Shown here: positions 61,973 to 64,000 of the stretch, piece by piece | Position numbering within the stretch: the first letter of the stretch is position 1 | Layout of the letters: every line of letters begins with the position of its first letter | Origin: Octopus sinensis | Lineage: Eukaryota | Length of the DNA stretch: 64,000 nt | Direction: 5' to 3' | NCBI RefSeq assembly: GCF_006345805.1 | Contig: NC_043020.1 | Span: forward strand, 20,894,001-20,958,000 | Translations under genes and position numbers: made by a program | Notes under the pieces: model-generated | Told to the model about the DNA's origin: nothing | The model's database searches: none | The model's input: the letters and a program-made list of their open reading frames with translations, nothing else

Positions 61973-63537
61973 TCTTTCGTATTTTATTTTCCTATTTTTT
62001 ACAGCCTAAAATGGTACACAACCACTCCCTGTGCCTTCTGAAGTGTTCATATGTAACGTTGCATCGTTGGGATCTATGAAATGACGACTGGTTTACCGTG
62101 TAATGGTTTGGCAATCATTTTCTTTTCATTTTGATGTCGGCCATTATATGTACACGATACGAAAGATCAACATATTTCTTTATAAAATTGGTATTCGCCA
62201 TTTTCAAAATATGTAATTAAATTTCTTCTTGATGAATAAATTTCCTCTCCGTGACAATTTTTGTTTCATTTAGTGTCTTATTAACATTAGGGTGGAGGGG
62301 CTTGTCTGTAAAATGTTTTCAAGAATGTATTCAGTGATTTTCGGAAAATCGTATTAAAAGTCGCACGACAAAATAAGATTGGAAATCATCTGTCTAGAAA
62401 ACAGGGAGCCTGGTGTCCTTCATAAACTTTCATCAGGTCATGATGAAGTTGTGCCGCAATTGTCGATGAGTTGAGGACACTGGTGATGGAATGGGTTATT
62501 ATTGGGCATACGTCATCGTTTCTTATTTCTTTACATACGTCATCGTTTCTCACACAACTGGTAAGTTGTAGTTGATACATGATGATGATCATATCCTCGC
62601 ACTGCCGCTAACAGCGAATGACGATGACAATGGCGACGACAATGTGTGCTATGGCTGTGCTATGACATGGCCGAGTATGTCTTTGAAGTCTTTATTTAAA
62701 GGATCAATGAAGCTTTGTCGTGAGGTGTTTGGTTGTATGAGGATCACACAAGTAAGGAAGCTAGAGAGAGGGGGAAGGAAGAGAGAAAGAAGAGGAACGT
62801 AGGGGCCAGCTCTAGGATGCATTATTTGATGGTAAATAGGAGCAGTGTCAAGGCTGCAGACGGCCGACAGCCTTGTTTGCTTGAAGCAACTACGTAGAGG
62901 TGTTTTAGCACTTGGTGTGTATGTGTGTGTGGCGGCGAACCTAGTGGTATAGGGTGGAGGATATTTAGAGGAATTTCACCCAGTACGAGCATTGTAAAGG
63001 TGGCTACAAGGCGGACAGTGAATGTAGAAATCTCAGTGGAAGTCCAGCATAACTGAAAAATGGAAGAGAGCAGGTACGTTAAAGTTGGTTGAGGTCCTCT
63101 TGGCAAAGATCAGAAAAGTTGATTGCAATGTAGGAAGTGGGAAACTTTGCGTGTTCTGTAATGCAGGAAGGCGTCTTTCGAATAAAGGTCTTGCAAGTGT
63201 TATGGTGGTAGTTAAAGTTATTCATTCGATTGTTTAATTTTCTCAAGTACTGTAGGCCGTGTTGTCAGTTTGTACTACAGCAGCGTAGTTGGGGGATTTA
63301 GAGTTATGTGTTTTGGTATATGAAGAAACATGCCAAAGAGAATGATTTTAGTCACCTACTTAATTGTTTCTCATGGTTCAAGAGGGAAACAGATGCACCA
63401 GTACAACAACCGTAAACATTCAGCACAATGGCTGGACAAAGACGAGCCACCAAAACACAGTCCAAAAGCAAAATTCATCAAAAGAAGCTGCTTGCGACCT
63501 TAAGAATATTATTCAACTACCACCGTAGTTGAATGAT

Positions 63538-63566
63538 ATACATACATACATACATACATACATACA

Positions 63567-63602
<36 letters not shown>

Positions 63603-63800
63603 TATATGTATGTATATAAAACTGAGAATGTGTGTCTGTCTGTCTGTCTGTGTGTTTCCCTAAAACTTGAGAACTACACAACCAATTTCATTCAAATTTT
63701 ACACATGCCTTACTTAGGATCCATGTAGTTTCATGGGCAAAAAAAATGTTCAACTTCTTGCCTAGAGCGAGCCTATAGTAATATCATATCTTCTCCACTA
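63538..63800 (+). repeat. (CATA)n/(TA)n tract running into a Helitron-type 5' segment
   Basis: Tandem cata units, then tatataaaactgagaatgtgtgtctgtctgtctg..accaatttcattcaaattttacac, similar in layout to 58631-58750. Confidence 0.6.
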
Positions 63801-64000
63801 TTACAGTATTACGTGTTAAAAGTGAAACAAAAACATTTCTCTATTTTATGTCAGATGCTTTCACTTTAACAATAAAAATAATAATAACAATTGAATCATA
63901 TGTAGCAAGTAATAATTAAAATGAAACTAAAGTATAATATAATCGTAACATAACAAAAGTAAAAATAGCAATTGGTATAAAATTGCATCAATGGTTTCAC

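Noticed and set aside
62820-63320. Degenerate LINE endonuclease on the minus strand (DFYIHC-like motif)
   Set aside because: A single weak motif with no continuous frame; too little to call.

Overview
AT-rich animal genomic DNA, most likely an octopod cephalopod judging from recalled SINE and RTE families and dense microsatellites. It is dominated by transposable elements. One intact host CDS is present: an intronless KLHDC9 orthologue at 20552-21535 (+). A 25-nt minus-strand exon at 15209-15233 matches the epsilon-tubulin (TUBE1) N-terminus, which suggests a head-to-head gene pair around an ETS/CRE/X-box promoter near 15.5 kb. The rest is Penelope-like elements (PLEs), RTE and CR1-type LINE relics, tRNA-derived SINEs, Helitron and MITE relics, and nested Ty3/gypsy-type LTR elements. 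Most notable: (1) a tRNA-headed short element carrying a hammerhead ribozyme in PLE-style inverted pairs; (2) two RTE LINEs with twin-priming-like 5' inversions; (3) a complete non-coding LTR element with tRNA-Trp PBS, PPT and 4-bp TSD nested in a CsRn1-type protease gene; (4) an RT/RNaseH-less Mag-type element with intact ends; (5) a perfect 306-bp palindrome. All family assignments come from motif recall and manual alignment; no database searches were run.
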